A stretch of DNA of 20,000 nt from an uncultured virus (IMG/VR IMGVR_UViG_3300012920_000027) (IMGVR_UViG_3300012920_000027); one strand, 5' to 3'; positions 8,717 through 16,963 are shown, counted from the first letter of the stretch. Program-made: numbers and translations. Notes: generated by a model from the letters alone, not told the origin.

Positions 8717-8855
8717 GAGTGGTGAGGCCTAGTTCTCTTGCTGCCAATTCAATGGCAACCTCAAGGGGGATTTTGTTACCTCCCTTGGCGCGATAGTTGT
8801 AGGCCATGTAGATTTTCACGGTTCTTTGAGAGTGTTCTTGATTCAAAATATCCAT
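8697..8855 (-). CDS. Small hypothetical protein, 52 aa (MDILNQEHSQRTVKIYMAYNYRAKGG...), not in the ORF track
   Basis: Motif ATG at 8855; hand-translated to TGA at 8697-8699; overlaps the next gene by 20 nt. Confidence 0.65.
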   Translation of the reverse strand: MDILNQEHSQRTVKIYMAYNYRAKGGNKIPLEVAIELAARELGLTTHEPANH

Positions 8856-8879
8856 GAGCGGTTCACCTGAGTTTCGTGG

Positions 8880-9470
8880 TTACGAGTGTTTCCCGTCATT
8901 CACGGTCGCTTCTCTGGTACCGTTCTTCCATTTGAACTCACTCGTGAGATGCTTCAGGTTGTGTTTGATGTGCCACATTTCATCCTCTGTCCAATCGGAG
9001 CGAATGCGGAGCTTGGCTGCGATTCTTGGCATTGTTGAGGAAATGAGGTACTCCATTGTGTTCGCGTAACTGGTTCGATCCGAGCCCGGAACTGCAGTTG
9101 GTCCATGCCATGTGGCTGCCATGCCTGCGCTGAGAAGTTCGACCTTTGTAGGCGGGTCGAGGGTCAATCCAACCCGTATTCGGTTGATCAACTCCTTGTA
9201 GTGGCTCCTGAGAGCCTCGTGGTTCTTCGACAGGTCATTGGGCATGCCTCCATCCACGCCACCTTTCGTGAGGCGTAGAATGGACACGGGAGCTTCCTTC
9301 AAGCGTTTGTAGGCGTCAGAGGATTTCCTCTGCCGGTTCATTTCAGCGTCAAGCATGGTCCATGCCAGTTCAATCTTCTCCATTGTTTCGGCGAAGCTGT
9401 TCAGAGCTGGAAAATACTGGGCGAGGAGTTCAGTCTTGAGGTCCTCTTGGATTTGTTCCAATAGTTGCAT
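8880..9470 (-). CDS. Hypothetical protein, 196 aa
   Basis: Motif start MQLLEQ. Confidence 0.85.
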   Translation of the reverse strand: MQLLEQIQEDLKTELLAQYFPALNSFAETMEKIELAWTMLDAEMNRQRKSSDAYKRLKEAPVSILRLTKGGVDGGMPNDLSKNHEALRSHYKELINRIRVGLTLDPPTKVELLSAGMAATWHGPTAVPGSDRTSYANTMEYLISSTMPRIAAKLRIRSDWTEDEMWHIKHNLKHLTSEFKWKNGTREATVNDGKHS

Positions 9471-9477
9471 GAGCGGT

Positions 9478-9621
9478 TCAAGAGTGGCTACTTGGGGATG
9501 ATGAACCTGTGGCATTTTCAAATCCCATATCGCAGCATTCGCCGCTGCAGTAGCTTCCGTGCCAGGTATCGAAAGGTAGCCTCTTCATGTGTTCACCACA
9601 CATGTTGCATTCTTCAGTCAT
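9478..9621 (-). CDS. Cys-rich metal-binding mini-protein (TRASH/FCS-like), 47 aa, not in the ORF track
   Basis: MTEECNMCGEH...YCSGECC; motif start; TGA abuts the next motif. Confidence 0.75.
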   Translation of the reverse strand: MTEECNMCGEHMKRLPFDTWHGSYCSGECCDMGFENATGSSSPSSHS

Positions 9622-9629
9622 GAGCGGTT

Positions 9630-10088
9630 TCAGCATTCAACTACATCGTCGTAGTCGATGCCTGCTTCTTCGAGAACGGCCCCCTCACAAGCATCCCACC
9701 AATCGCAGGCGACCTTCTGAGCGAAGCGTGCGTCTTCGACGAGCCAATGCGTGTAAATCTCCGGTCGGTCATCCCGGCTACGGGATCCTGGACGGGGGTC
9801 ATTCTTGGGGTAACCAATCAGAAAGAACAGGGATTTGTCCTCGGGTATCAACGCTTGCTGTTCTGAAGTGAGATCCTCATATGCGGGGTCCCCAAGTAGG
9901 TCTTCCTTGGAACCAAAGGTGTAGCCATCAAAGTGGGTGATTTCACCTAGGTACATGCGGAAACCTCGCGTGTTGTCTCCTTGAAACCAGCCGTCAAGGC
10001 TGTCGTCGTATTTGCCATCAGGGCAACGAGCATTCAAGCAGTCTGCGATTCGATCAGCGGTGCGGTCGTTGAGTTCGTCTTTGTTCAT
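9630..10088 (-). CDS. Hypothetical acidic protein, 152 aa
   Basis: Motif start. Confidence 0.85.
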   Translation of the reverse strand: MNKDELNDRTADRIADCLNARCPDGKYDDSLDGWFQGDNTRGFRMYLGEITHFDGYTFGSKEDLLGDPAYEDLTSEQQALIPEDKSLFFLIGYPKNDPRPGSRSRDDRPEIYTHWLVEDARFAQKVACDWWDACEGAVLEEAGIDYDDVVEC

Positions 10089-10113
10089 GAGCGGTGCAAG
10101 ATGGCGTTTGCCG

Positions 10114-10153
10114 AAAAACGAACCCAGCCGGCGTTCCAGCTGGGTTGATTTTT
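10114..10153 (-). terminator. Intrinsic-terminator-like hairpin flanked by A5 and T5
   Basis: Minus strand AAAAATC-AACCCAGCTGG-AACG-CCGGCTGGGTT-CGTTTTT. Confidence 0.6.
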
Positions 10154-10166
10154 GGTGTGAGCGGCC

Positions 10167-10355
10167 TCAGAAAATCGCATCCTTGCGAACGAACCCGTGG
10201 TCGCAGCGGTTACATTCCGCTGCATCGAGCTCATCGGGCTCCTGTTCGCCAGGTGCAATCATTGGGTCATCGTGATTGTGGATCGTGATATTGCTCGTTC
10301 CACACTTTGGGCATCGGAGCCGTGGAGGCTCGACATGCATCAAAATCAAGTTCAT
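10167..10355 (-). CDS. Zn-ribbon protein, 62 aa
   Basis: CPKCG...CNRCDH; motif start. Confidence 0.8.
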   Translation of the reverse strand: MNLILMHVEPPRLRCPKCGTSNITIHNHDDPMIAPGEQEPDELDAAECNRCDHGFVRKDAIF

Positions 10356-10362
10356 GAGCGGT

Positions 10363-10593
10363 TCAGTAGTCCGGAGAGTCACGAAGACCCAGGAACCATT
10401 CAAGCGTCGCCTCCACGCCACGGAGGGCGTTGTAGTTGCGAACTGCAGAGCGGAATCTGGGAAGCCTCATCGCCTCCGAGCGTTTGTAGTGACTGTACTC
10501 GTCAAGGACGCCCTTCCATCGAACAAGTCTCTGGCGGACATCGTCCAAGTGTTTGAGCACCTCCTCGCGGGATTTCATAGAATGAGTCAACAT
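10363..10593 (-). CDS. Hypothetical protein, 76 aa
   Basis: Motif start MLTHSMK. Confidence 0.8.
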   Translation of the reverse strand: MLTHSMKSREEVLKHLDDVRQRLVRWKGVLDEYSHYKRSEAMRLPRFRSAVRNYNALRGVEATLEWFLGLRDSPDY

Positions 10594-10616
10594 GAGCGGT
10601 TGTTGCGCCGAAGCGC

Positions 10617-11072
10617 TCAGTCCAAGAACTCTTCTCTGGGATCGTCTTCCCATCGCTCCCTCATCCGGGTGATGCCGGCAAGGGGAACGCCATGGGTGTT
10701 GCGTTCTGCAAGAAGCTCATCGGTGTGTTCAGGACGGTTGAAATTCAAAACGGTGATTTCGTAGTCGAACATTTCAGCGATAAGGATGTAGTTCTTGTAT
10801 TCCCACATAACGGTGTTCGTGTTGTCAAGGACAACAGAACGACCTTGGCGAATGGCCTTGATCCATTTCTCGAGGCACCATTGGTGCGCTTCAGAGAGCT
10901 TGTAGGGGTTGAAGTCGTATTCGCCCTCGTCGTTGATGAAGAAATCATCAGCCGAGCAGATAATGAGCGAAGGTTCCACCTCCTTGAATTGGTTCAAGAC
11001 ATGAGACTTTCCTGAGCCAGGGAGGCCTCTGCCAATGAATGCGTGTTTCTTGATGTCGTTGTAGGTTTTCAT
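10617..11072 (-). CDS. P-loop kinase, AAA_33 / N4BP2-like (polynucleotide-kinase-like), 151 aa
   Basis: GRGLPGSGKS Walker A, ICSADDFF, VVLDNTN, RNTHGVP. Confidence 0.88.
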   Translation of the reverse strand: MKTYNDIKKHAFIGRGLPGSGKSHVLNQFKEVEPSLIICSADDFFINDEGEYDFNPYKLSEAHQWCLEKWIKAIRQGRSVVLDNTNTVMWEYKNYILIAEMFDYEITVLNFNRPEHTDELLAERNTHGVPLAGITRMRERWEDDPREEFLD

Positions 11073-11470
11073 GAGCGGATTTTGTCTTTGAATTCGATTC
11101 TCATGCTGCAGTGGGAGCCTTGCCTGTACTTCTCAAAAAATTCGTACTGAGGCATTTTTCCCTGCCAGGCATTGTCGAAAACAATGATGCTGAATTGTAG
11201 AGGTCGATCGTCACAACTGTCGTTTTGAAAGTAGTAGGCTTCTTTATCTCCAGGAGTCCCAACGAAGGGTATCTCGTAGATGCGAGCCTCATCATTGTTG
11301 GTGATGTCGAAGAGATTGTGTTCTTCGAGTTCTGCTCTCCTTTCGGCGTTCAGTTCTTCCAACGAATCAGCGTATTTGTCCGCTTCTTCGATGGTTTAGA
11401 AGAACTCCCGATCAAAACAAGTCATGGGCCAGTCGGCGTCTACATTGCATGCCATGTAAATGGTGTTCAT
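11069..11470 (-). pseudogene. 133-codon gene interrupted by an in-frame TAA at codon 25
   Basis: Motif ATG at 11470 reads MNTIYMACNVDADWPMTCFDREFF*TIEEADKYADSLEELNAERR..., in frame with the track ORF 11069..11362; TAA at 11396-11398. Confidence 0.7.
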
Positions 11471-11480
11471 GAGCGGCTGT

Positions 11481-11615
11481 TCAAGCTTCGAAGTACTCCT
11501 CGTAGATGTACTCCTCAGTTTCAATGCGAATTTTCAACAGGTTCACTAGATTAGCAAGTGTCTGCATCCGTCTCTTGACGGGCCATTTTCGCACATCATC
11601 TTTAGTGTAGTCCAT
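11481..11615 (-). CDS. Small hypothetical protein, 44 aa (MDYTKDDVRKW...), not in the ORF track
   Basis: Motif start; TGA 3 nt before the next motif. Confidence 0.7.
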   Translation of the reverse strand: MDYTKDDVRKWPVKRRMQTLANLVNLLKIRIETEEYIYEEYFEA

Positions 11616-11623
11616 GAGCGGTT

Positions 11624-11902
11624 TCAAGGGAAGTCCACATCGTCATTTTCCAGCCCGTAGGCCAGCGCTGCTGACAAGTACGGAGCAAGGAGCTTTGAGC
11701 GTTTTCGTGGCGACAACCCTTTCGGGAGGTACCCTCCATGAATCTTTTTCACCCAGTTGAAAGGGTCGGCCAAGAATGCAGGGTACACAAGGGAAATCCA
11801 TTGTCCCTTTGCAGTACCGAGGAAAGAGAATTGTTCTTGTGTGACTTCTTTTCCATGGATGATCGTTGCGAATTCAAAAATTGTAGGCGGTTTTGCGTAC
11901 AT
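11624..11902 (-). CDS. Hypothetical protein, 92 aa
   Basis: Motif start. Confidence 0.8.
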   Translation of the reverse strand: MYAKPPTIFEFATIIHGKEVTQEQFSFLGTAKGQWISLVYPAFLADPFNWVKKIHGGYLPKGLSPRKRSKLLAPYLSAALAYGLENDDVDFP

Positions 11903-11918
11903 GAGCGGTTTTCAGCCC

Positions 11919-12311
11919 TCAATAAGGGCTGACCATGTACCTCTGCTCGTCGGGTATAAAGAAGTAGACCGTATTCAGGTAGCCTGATTGCAGGTCGTTC
12001 TTCCGTTGCCATTCATCGGCTTCTGCACGCTCTTGGGGCGTGAGGTCGCTTGAGAATGGGTTCTTGCCGTTGTAAGCAGGGCGGTCAAGGGTGACGATCA
12101 TGCGAGAACTGCTGCGGGAAACCTGGAGCTTACGCATGCAGAACCAGGCTTCAAGGAGTTCGTCAGGGCTCGCTTCGAGTTGCGTTGCGAGTTCCATCAG
12201 GAACTTTCGGTTCACACGCTTTGGTCGTAGTCGTACGCTCCAGTAACCTGTGAAAGTTCCCATTTTGTACCCAAAGGCTTCGATGATGTCTTGTTGACGG
12301 TTTTGTGTCAT
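11919..12311 (-). CDS. Hypothetical protein, 130 aa
   Basis: Motif start. Confidence 0.82.
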   Translation of the reverse strand: MTQNRQQDIIEAFGYKMGTFTGYWSVRLRPKRVNRKFLMELATQLEASPDELLEAWFCMRKLQVSRSSSRMIVTLDRPAYNGKNPFSSDLTPQERAEADEWQRKNDLQSGYLNTVYFFIPDEQRYMVSPY

Positions 12312-12320
12312 GAGCGGTGT

Positions 12321-12548
12321 TCAGCGGATGATCGGCACCAGTTTGAACTTGCAGCCGATCATCCACTCGTACATCAATCCCCAAACGGGGTCAGTGCGAC
12401 GGACAACCCACCATCGGGGTCCGAGAGGTTCCACCCCCTGTGAATCAAGCCACTTCATAGCGGCTTTTCGGTTCTTGAATTTGGGGGATTTGAAGCGCAC
12501 TTTCTCATTGCCTCTGTAGAGGTGTAAGGTGTAACGATGTTCAGTCAT
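12321..12548 (-). CDS. Basic hypothetical protein, 75 aa
   Basis: Motif start MTEHRY. Confidence 0.78.
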   Translation of the reverse strand: MTEHRYTLHLYRGNEKVRFKSPKFKNRKAAMKWLDSQGVEPLGPRWWVVRRTDPVWGLMYEWMIGCKFKLVPIIR

Positions 12549-12564
12549 GAGCGGTGTGGGGATT

Positions 12565-12963
12565 TCACTCCCCGAACAGGTTGAACCTGTCGCTACGGAC
12601 TCGTTTATCCTCGAAGGCCACGCCACGGCCGGATGTTTCCGGCGTTGGGACGGTGGAGACTACGGGAAAACCATACGCCTGGGCGGCGATGGCCGAGGTG
12701 ATCACCAACACTCCCTCTGGGAGGGAGGCAAGGAAGGCTAGGCCCTCCTCGAGAGGCTCCCAGCCAGTCATCTGGAAAGGAGCCCCCCGGGGGTGCTCCT
12801 TGTCGATTGGACTGGCATTGAGCCCCTTGCGGCCACCAGTTTCCAGCGGAGCTGGCTTCACCACGGTTTCATCATCAAAGACGAACGGGTGAGGGCTGGT
12901 GTTGATAACACGGGTTCCATTGCTAAGGGTCACGATTGATTCGGTAAAATCTTGGTTGTTCAT
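12565..12963 (-). CDS. Hypothetical protein, 132 aa (INxxPH motif)
   Basis: Motif start; VINTSPHP resembles phage 'NLTPH' hypotheticals (from memory). Confidence 0.82.
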   Translation of the reverse strand: MNNQDFTESIVTLSNGTRVINTSPHPFVFDDETVVKPAPLETGGRKGLNASPIDKEHPRGAPFQMTGWEPLEEGLAFLASLPEGVLVITSAIAAQAYGFPVVSTVPTPETSGRGVAFEDKRVRSDRFNLFGE

Positions 12964-12981
12964 GAGCGGTAGGTTCGAGGG

Positions 12982-13104
12982 TTAATACCCCCAGTTGCAC
13001 GCGCAGTCTTCCCAAACAGGGCCAAAGAAAGGACAATAGGTCACAATCCCGGTCCCGTCGCAAAAGGGGCATTCTGCTTGGATTTGCTCCAGTTTTGTCG
13101 TCAT
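12982..13104 (-). CDS. DnaJ-type Zn-finger mini-protein, 40 aa
   Basis: CPFCDGTG...CAC; motif start. Confidence 0.72.
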   Translation of the reverse strand: MTTKLEQIQAECPFCDGTGIVTYCPFFGPVWEDCACNWGY

Positions 13105-13117
13105 GAGCGGTTCTCGA

Positions 13118-13384
13118 TCAACAAATCGAGTTCCATGCGTCTGCGATGTCCATGGCTTCTTCGTTGGACACCGCGATTGTCTTGCCGTTTCTCGCCAAGC
13201 CAATGATTGCACCTCCAAGTGACCAGCGCTTGGCTTGATCTTGAGCGAACTTGAGGTACTTCTTGCGCTTTTGACGGTTGTTTGATTCGATCATCCGAGC
13301 GGCGTGCTCGAATGTTTCTGTGGTTCGAAGGTAGTTGATGGATCCGGTCTTGTGATTGACCTTCCATGGTAGCTTTCGAGACAT
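13118..13384 (-). CDS. Basic hypothetical protein, 88 aa
   Basis: Motif start. Confidence 0.8.
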   Translation of the reverse strand: MSRKLPWKVNHKTGSINYLRTTETFEHAARMIESNNRQKRKKYLKFAQDQAKRWSLGGAIIGLARNGKTIAVSNEEAMDIADAWNSIC

Positions 13385-13402
13385 GAGCGGTTGTTGCTTT
13401 CA

Positions 13403-14287
13403 TCACACACCGAAGGTGTCGAGAAGTTCCTTCCAGTCTGCCTTGTTGGTTTCGGCGAAGAGTCTGGTTCGGATTGCTCGGTCCAAAGACCGGAATGTGA
13501 CGGGGTCCTCTTCCGAAGCCACTTCCTTCAGGTGAGCCAACACTTCTTGTTTCATTGGCATCGACACCCTTGGGTGGATGTTCGGTAGGACCTTTTGCAT
13601 GCGTTCCAGAACTTCAGTCCCAGTTAGAACGACGGGGACAAAGAAGCTACGGTCGATTAGGGGTTGGGGCATGTCCTTTTCCTCCTTGTTGGTGATGAAC
13701 ACCACCTGTCCTTTGAACGCGAACTTCCGTGGCAGTCCATGTTGGTCTGCCCAACCGGAGTTCCAGCTGATTGTTCGTTCGGAGTAGGAGTCAAGTGCAG
13801 CCTTGCAGAGTTCCATCATGGTCTCGTTTCCCCAGATGTCCACATCGTCAAGGACAAGCACGCCGCCATCTTTGCGTTGATGCATGGCGGTGTAGAGTCC
13901 TGTGGGGGCCATGTGACCTGCGACCCAAGTGTAGCCCGTGGGGCCTTCCTTGTCTTCGACTAGGCCTGCTGCCTTGAGGATCTGCTTGACCGTGTAGGTC
14001 TTTCCAAGTCCGCCCGTTCCACAAATGATCATGGAGGGGACGAATTTCTTGACGACCATTTTGATGATCTGTTCCATCAGTTCGAATCGTTTGTTCACAG
14101 GGAGTTTGGCCATCCGCTTGGTCACGACCTCGTTTCTGGCTTTGCTCTTCTGTTGCTTCTTTCGCCGCTTTGCTGCTTCCACAGCGTCAATCACCTCCTT
14201 GTCGGGGGTGGGTTGAGGGCGATAGGTTGATTCTGGCATTGGTTGTGAATGATTTCCTCCATCGGAGGTTTTCAGTTCAGGTTGCAT
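13403..14287 (-). CDS. AAA+ ATPase of phage type, 294 aa
   Basis: Walker A GTGGLGKT, Walker B VLVLDDVD, sensor-1 VVFITN, arginine finger LIDRS. Confidence 0.9.
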   Translation of the reverse strand: MQPELKTSDGGNHSQPMPESTYRPQPTPDKEVIDAVEAAKRRKKQQKSKARNEVVTKRMAKLPVNKRFELMEQIIKMVVKKFVPSMIICGTGGLGKTYTVKQILKAAGLVEDKEGPTGYTWVAGHMAPTGLYTAMHQRKDGGVLVLDDVDIWGNETMMELCKAALDSYSERTISWNSGWADQHGLPRKFAFKGQVVFITNKEEKDMPQPLIDRSFFVPVVLTGTEVLERMQKVLPNIHPRVSMPMKQEVLAHLKEVASEEDPVTFRSLDRAIRTRLFAETNKADWKELLDTFGV

Positions 14288-14312
14288 GAGAGGCAAGATG
14301 GGGTAGAGCGAA

Positions 14313-14350
14313 CGAAAGCCCCACACCGCAGATGCGGTATGGGGCTTTCG
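14313..14350. terminator. Long near-perfect hairpin upstream of the AAA+ gene (terminator-like or processing stem)
   Basis: CGAAAGCCCCA-CACCGCA-GA-TGCGGTA-TGGGGCTTTCG. Confidence 0.5.
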
Positions 14351-14370
14351 AACACGCTTGCGTGAGAGGT

Positions 14371-14548
14371 GAGTGCAATTCAGGGTCGCTACCAGGCCTG
14401 CTACCTAGGCTGCACTAAGCCATGCCTGTGACCCTCTGCCGTGCCCGGGACACCTTTCGGGTCGCCGGATAAACAGGGGGTTGCCGTTCCAGTAGGCTCA
14501 CAATCCCTACCCCGTTCGGAGGGGTCTGAGGGAAGATGATTGGGCATT
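14371..14548 (-). ncRNA. Candidate structured RNA, copy A of a tandem pair
   Basis: Shares ATGCC/GGCAT closing stem, TGGAAC-loop hairpin and 3' GGTA(A)GCAGG...GCGA.CC block with copy B; compensatory changes between copies. Confidence 0.6.
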
Positions 14549-14578
14549 CTACCAATGGGGGACTTGTGGGTTCTCCAT
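14549..14578 (-). CDS. 9-codon ORF MENPQVPHW*
   Basis: ACCTCTC-ATG start; same length and TGG-TAG-AATGCC end as the ORF at 14791. Confidence 0.45.
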   Translation of the reverse strand: MENPQVPHW

Positions 14579-14589
14579 GAGAGGTGAGT

Positions 14590-14790
14590 GGTTTTTTCGG
14601 TTCGCCATCCTACCTGCTTACCGAAGGGACCACCATCCCATGCCTTGAGCCCCGTTTTCTAAGGGGCCGCCCGTTCCATTTGGGCGCGCATAGAGCTCGA
14701 GTGGTGGCTCGGCCCATGCGGATTACCGCAATAGCTCCGGGGGCTATCGCGGATAATCACTGCTTGGGCTGCTCAAAACGCTGTGGCATT
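14590..14790 (-). ncRNA. Candidate structured RNA, copy B of a tandem pair
   Basis: As copy A; additional stem CCGCGATAGC/GCTATTGCGG with a G-U pair. Confidence 0.6.
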
Positions 14791-14820
14791 CTACCAGCGG
14801 ATGATGTAGTTGATCTCCAT
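14791..14820 (-). CDS. 9-codon ORF MEINYIIRW*
   Basis: Exact ACCGCTC-ATG start; TGG-TAG-AATGCC end. Confidence 0.45.
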   Translation of the reverse strand: MEINYIIRW

Positions 14821-14840
14821 GAGCGGTTTGACCTCAGCGA

Positions 14841-14901
14841 GGCCACCCCGGGGCGCCGTAGCGCCCCGGGGGGCGGTGTTCAGGTCAGTGACCTGAAGGC
14901 C
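14841..14901 (-). repeat. Palindrome plus C(UACG)G hairpin element, copy 1
   Basis: CAGGTCA-N-TGACCTG followed by CCCGGGGCGC-TACG-GCGCCCCGGG, just 3' of a CDS. Confidence 0.85.
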
Positions 14902-14915
14902 AGAGCCGGTTAAGC

Positions 14916-15827
14916 TCAGACATCCACGACCACGAGGGTCGGGAAGCCGGCGTCGAGTTGCAGGTCGACGAAGTACTGCCGGATGCGGGCGTTGCAGTCA
15001 AGGGCACGCCTCCACGAGTTCCCCTGGCCAGGGAACTGTGCGACCGGGAATCCACGCACGCCCGAATCGACGAGCGTTTGGTGTGCGTCGTTGTCGGCCG
15101 TGTTGGGCGTGGTTCCTCGTCCGGTGAGGAGGAAACCGGGGTTGATGCCGTTTCCATCGCTGCGTCGCAGGGACATCTTCCGGTTGTCGCCGTTGATGTC
15201 TGCGATGATCTGGATGAATCCGTGCTGGGCCCGGCTGCGCTTGTTGTCCTTGCGCTTCTCCTGTCCCGCCTTGGTGTACGGGATGCTGCGGAGGCGAAGG
15301 GCTGCGTTGACCAGCAGGCAGTAGCCGTTGACCAGGACCTTGTCGCGGGAACTCGAGAGTTGCCACTTGTTCAGTCCGTTGTAGTCGGGAGTAGGCCAAT
15401 GAGTGAGGCCTTTGCTGTCCCAACCGTCCTCAGGTGCCGGCAACATCTCAACGAAGATGGCGTGATCCATGTCGGCCATTTCGGTGGTGTAGCGGATTTT
15501 GAGCATTCCTGCCTCCTTGAGGGGCGTGAGGGCGCTGACGATTGCATCAATGTCGGCCTGAGTTTTGATGGCGTCGTTGATGGTTTTTCCGTCTGCGTCT
15601 GTGTGCTTCACGAGGAAGAGAGGATTGTCGTCCTTGCTCATTTCCATGTAGGCGAAGCGGGTGCCACTGGCAGTCTTGAACTGCGGGTGGGGCTTGCCTT
15701 TCGTGAAGACCGTCTCGACGGTGACGCCGTTCAGGTGCTCCTCTGCCGTGTGGATCGCTTGCGCGAAGTCCTCCACGGTGTAGGTCAGGTTGTTGGTCTG
15801 GTTTTCGGGGTATGCTGCGGTTTGCAT
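14916..15827 (-). CDS. Hypothetical protein, 303 aa, strongly codon-biased and possibly highly expressed
   Basis: ACCACTC-ATG start (MQTAAYP); C/G-ending codons; stop-free antisense frame. Confidence 0.88.
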   Translation of the reverse strand: MQTAAYPENQTNNLTYTVEDFAQAIHTAEEHLNGVTVETVFTKGKPHPQFKTASGTRFAYMEMSKDDNPLFLVKHTDADGKTINDAIKTQADIDAIVSALTPLKEAGMLKIRYTTEMADMDHAIFVEMLPAPEDGWDSKGLTHWPTPDYNGLNKWQLSSSRDKVLVNGYCLLVNAALRLRSIPYTKAGQEKRKDNKRSRAQHGFIQIIADINGDNRKMSLRRSDGNGINPGFLLTGRGTTPNTADNDAHQTLVDSGVRGFPVAQFPGQGNSWRRALDCNARIRQYFVDLQLDAGFPTLVVVDV

Positions 15828-15834
15828 GAGTGGT

Positions 15835-16116
15835 GTGTGTGGGCGGTCCATTTGCTATCCGGCGTTCTGTCAAACCTTGCGCGGTTTGTCCCCTCGCCCT
15901 GCCGGGGTCATAGGGGCTTCCAGCAATTCCCCCGGCTTGATGTGAGTACCCCCTCTCGAGGGCAGAGCACACCGTTCCAGGCAGAAAAGCGTTGTTTGGG
16001 CTCTTTCTCGGGTTGCAATCCCACCACTTTCGTGGTGAAGGAGTTCAATCGGCCGAGTTTGTCCTGCTCAGAGTCCTTCGAGTGGAGAAGGAGGCAGGCT
16101 ATCAGTCCCTTACGGG
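15835..16116 (-). ncRNA. Candidate ~280-nt structured RNA between two motif copies
   Basis: Begins after ACCGCTC-ACA; CCC-GTAA-GGG, CACCAC-GAAA-GTGGTG, GCCGGGG/CCCCGGC stem, TGGAAC loop. Confidence 0.5.
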
Positions 16117-16144
16117 TGTGAGCGGTTCATCGGACAAGTCCGAA

Positions 16145-16447
16145 TCAGCGGTATGCGCCCATTGCCAGTCCAGGCAGGCTCGAGGCCTCGCCCTTCTGCG
16201 ACTTGATACGCAGGCTCGACAGGATGCTGTGAAGCACCTTGTTACCATCGAAGCTGATGTTGCCATCGGCTTGGATCTCCGACTCGAAGTCGAAGCAGCC
16301 AGTGTCTGCGAGGTCCTTCTCGCAGAGCGAGCAAAGGAATTCGGGAGCACGGGCAATGGTCAGAACCTTGCGATGTCCCACCCCCTGGAACTCGGGGGCG
16401 TTCAAATCGGCTTGGCAAATGGCGCAGGTACAAATTTTGGTTTGCAT
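16145..16447 (-). CDS. Zn-finger protein, 100 aa
   Basis: CTCAIC...CSLC; GCCGCTC-ATG start. Confidence 0.8.
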   Translation of the reverse strand: MQTKICTCAICQADLNAPEFQGVGHRKVLTIARAPEFLCSLCEKDLADTGCFDFESEIQADGNISFDGNKVLHSILSSLRIKSQKGEASSLPGLAMGAYR

Positions 16448-16460
16448 GAGCGGCTTACAT

Positions 16461-16526
16461 GACCACCCTGGGCCGCCGTAGCGACCCAGGGGGTGTTGTA
16501 CAGGTCAATGACCTGGGACGAAGGTC
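16461..16526 (-). repeat. Palindrome plus C(UACG)G hairpin element, copy 2
   Basis: GACC...CAGGTCATTGACCTG-TACAACACC-CCCTGGGTCGC-TACG-GCGGCCCAGGG-TGGTC. Confidence 0.85.
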
Positions 16527-16530
16527 GAGC

Positions 16531-16890
16531 TCAAAGCTCGATGGCGCCTTCAATGGCCGAAGCCCTTGATTCCCTCTTGATTGCGCTGCGGCGGTGCCGC
16601 ACTTGGCGTTCGTTGGGGAAGGCCTCTGGGCAGTACTTGTCTACCCAGTCCTTCATCATCAGAACCGATTTCAGATGTCCAAGGCTGGTGCCAGAGACCA
16701 CTTCGTTCCCGTCCCAGTTGTCGAAGAAGCGGTGAAGCGCTTGTTCGGTGCGACTGGAGATGCGGGGTGGTGCTCGGCCACGGACCTTGTGGATCCAGCC
16801 CTCCCACGAAAGCACCCAAAGGGGCACCTTCGTATCGTCGCTGGTCAAAATCTGGTTGTCGGTTGGCATTGTTTTACGAGTGTAGAACAT
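16531..16890 (-). CDS. Basic hypothetical protein, 119 aa
   Basis: ACCTCTC-ATG start. Confidence 0.8.
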   Translation of the reverse strand: MFYTRKTMPTDNQILTSDDTKVPLWVLSWEGWIHKVRGRAPPRISSRTEQALHRFFDNWDGNEVVSGTSLGHLKSVLMMKDWVDKYCPEAFPNERQVRHRRSAIKRESRASAIEGAIEL

Positions 16891-16963
16891 GAGAGGTCTC
16901 GTCTTTCCGAAGTGTCATCCAGTTTTTGCGGTCCTGGAAGCGACCGCCGGCAACCGGTGAGAG

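Noticed and set aside
11912..11932. Small inverted repeat TCAGCCCT...AGGGCTGA over a stop codon
   Set aside because: Single short stem; may be a weak terminator but the evidence is too thin to call.
14543..14796. TGGTAGAAT as a bacterial extended -10 promoter (two copies)
   Set aside because: Not excluded, but not called: it is embedded in the mini-ORF/RNA homology block and the host may be archaeal.
14958..16121. 387-aa plus-strand ORF, and other plus-strand ORFs in the track
   Set aside because: These are antisense shadows of codon-biased minus-strand genes; they have no start motif and implausible composition.
16117..16126. TGTGAGCGG resembling the lac operator (also near 10157)
   Set aside because: Only a 9-nt match, explained by the array motif; no other vector sequence is present.
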